DNA from: Eledone cirrhosa | Lineage: Eukaryota | Direction: 5' to 3' | DNA: 64,000 nucleotides | Assembly: GCA_964016885.1 (NCBI GenBank) | Contig: OZ024750.1 | Location: 30,876,001 to 30,940,000, forward strand | Shown: positions 63,976-64,000 of the stretch, piece by piece | Numbering within the stretch: the stretch's first letter is position 1 | Layout of the letters: the number at the start of each line of letters is the position of its first letter | The notes under the pieces: generated by a model | Database searches by the model: none | Told to the model about the DNA's origin: nothing | The model's input: only the letters and a program-made list of their open reading frames with translations | Made by a program: the position numbers and the translations under genes

Positions 63976-64000
63976 TACCTCTTAAATAATTGTTTCTACT

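Overview
AT-rich eukaryotic DNA, probably an octopod cephalopod (inferred only from recalled similarity of the dispersed tRNA-derived SINEs). The whole window lies inside one very large minus-strand gene whose start and end are outside the window. By reading GT-AG junctions by hand I reconstruct 83 exons that join in frame (about 11.6 kb CDS, about 3,875 aa). The unique 5' part (63431-39167) encodes a von Willebrand factor/gel-forming-mucin D2-D'-D3 type array (C8, TIL, E, TIL, E, VWD, C8, TIL, E), one LDL-receptor class A module and a PTS exon. Its introns carry SINEs, LINE fragments, a mariner remnant, hAT/Helitron/piggyBac-like elements and minisatellites. The 3' part (1 to ~36290) is a tandem array of 17 nearly identical ~2118-bp units plus a partial 18th. 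Each unit contains four exons and four introns and encodes 182 aa: a ~129-aa two-cysteine domain resembling a divergent F5/8 type C (discoidin) fold plus a ~53-aa Pro/Thr/Ser linker. The predicted product is a beads-on-a-string mucin/SCO-spondin-like secreted protein built by amplifying a whole exon-intron cassette. Other oddities are a 5.8S rRNA fragment captured inside a SINE next to a perfect fold-back, a LINE with twin-priming-type inversion, and a minisatellite born inside a SINE-like element. All calls are by eye; no database search was run.
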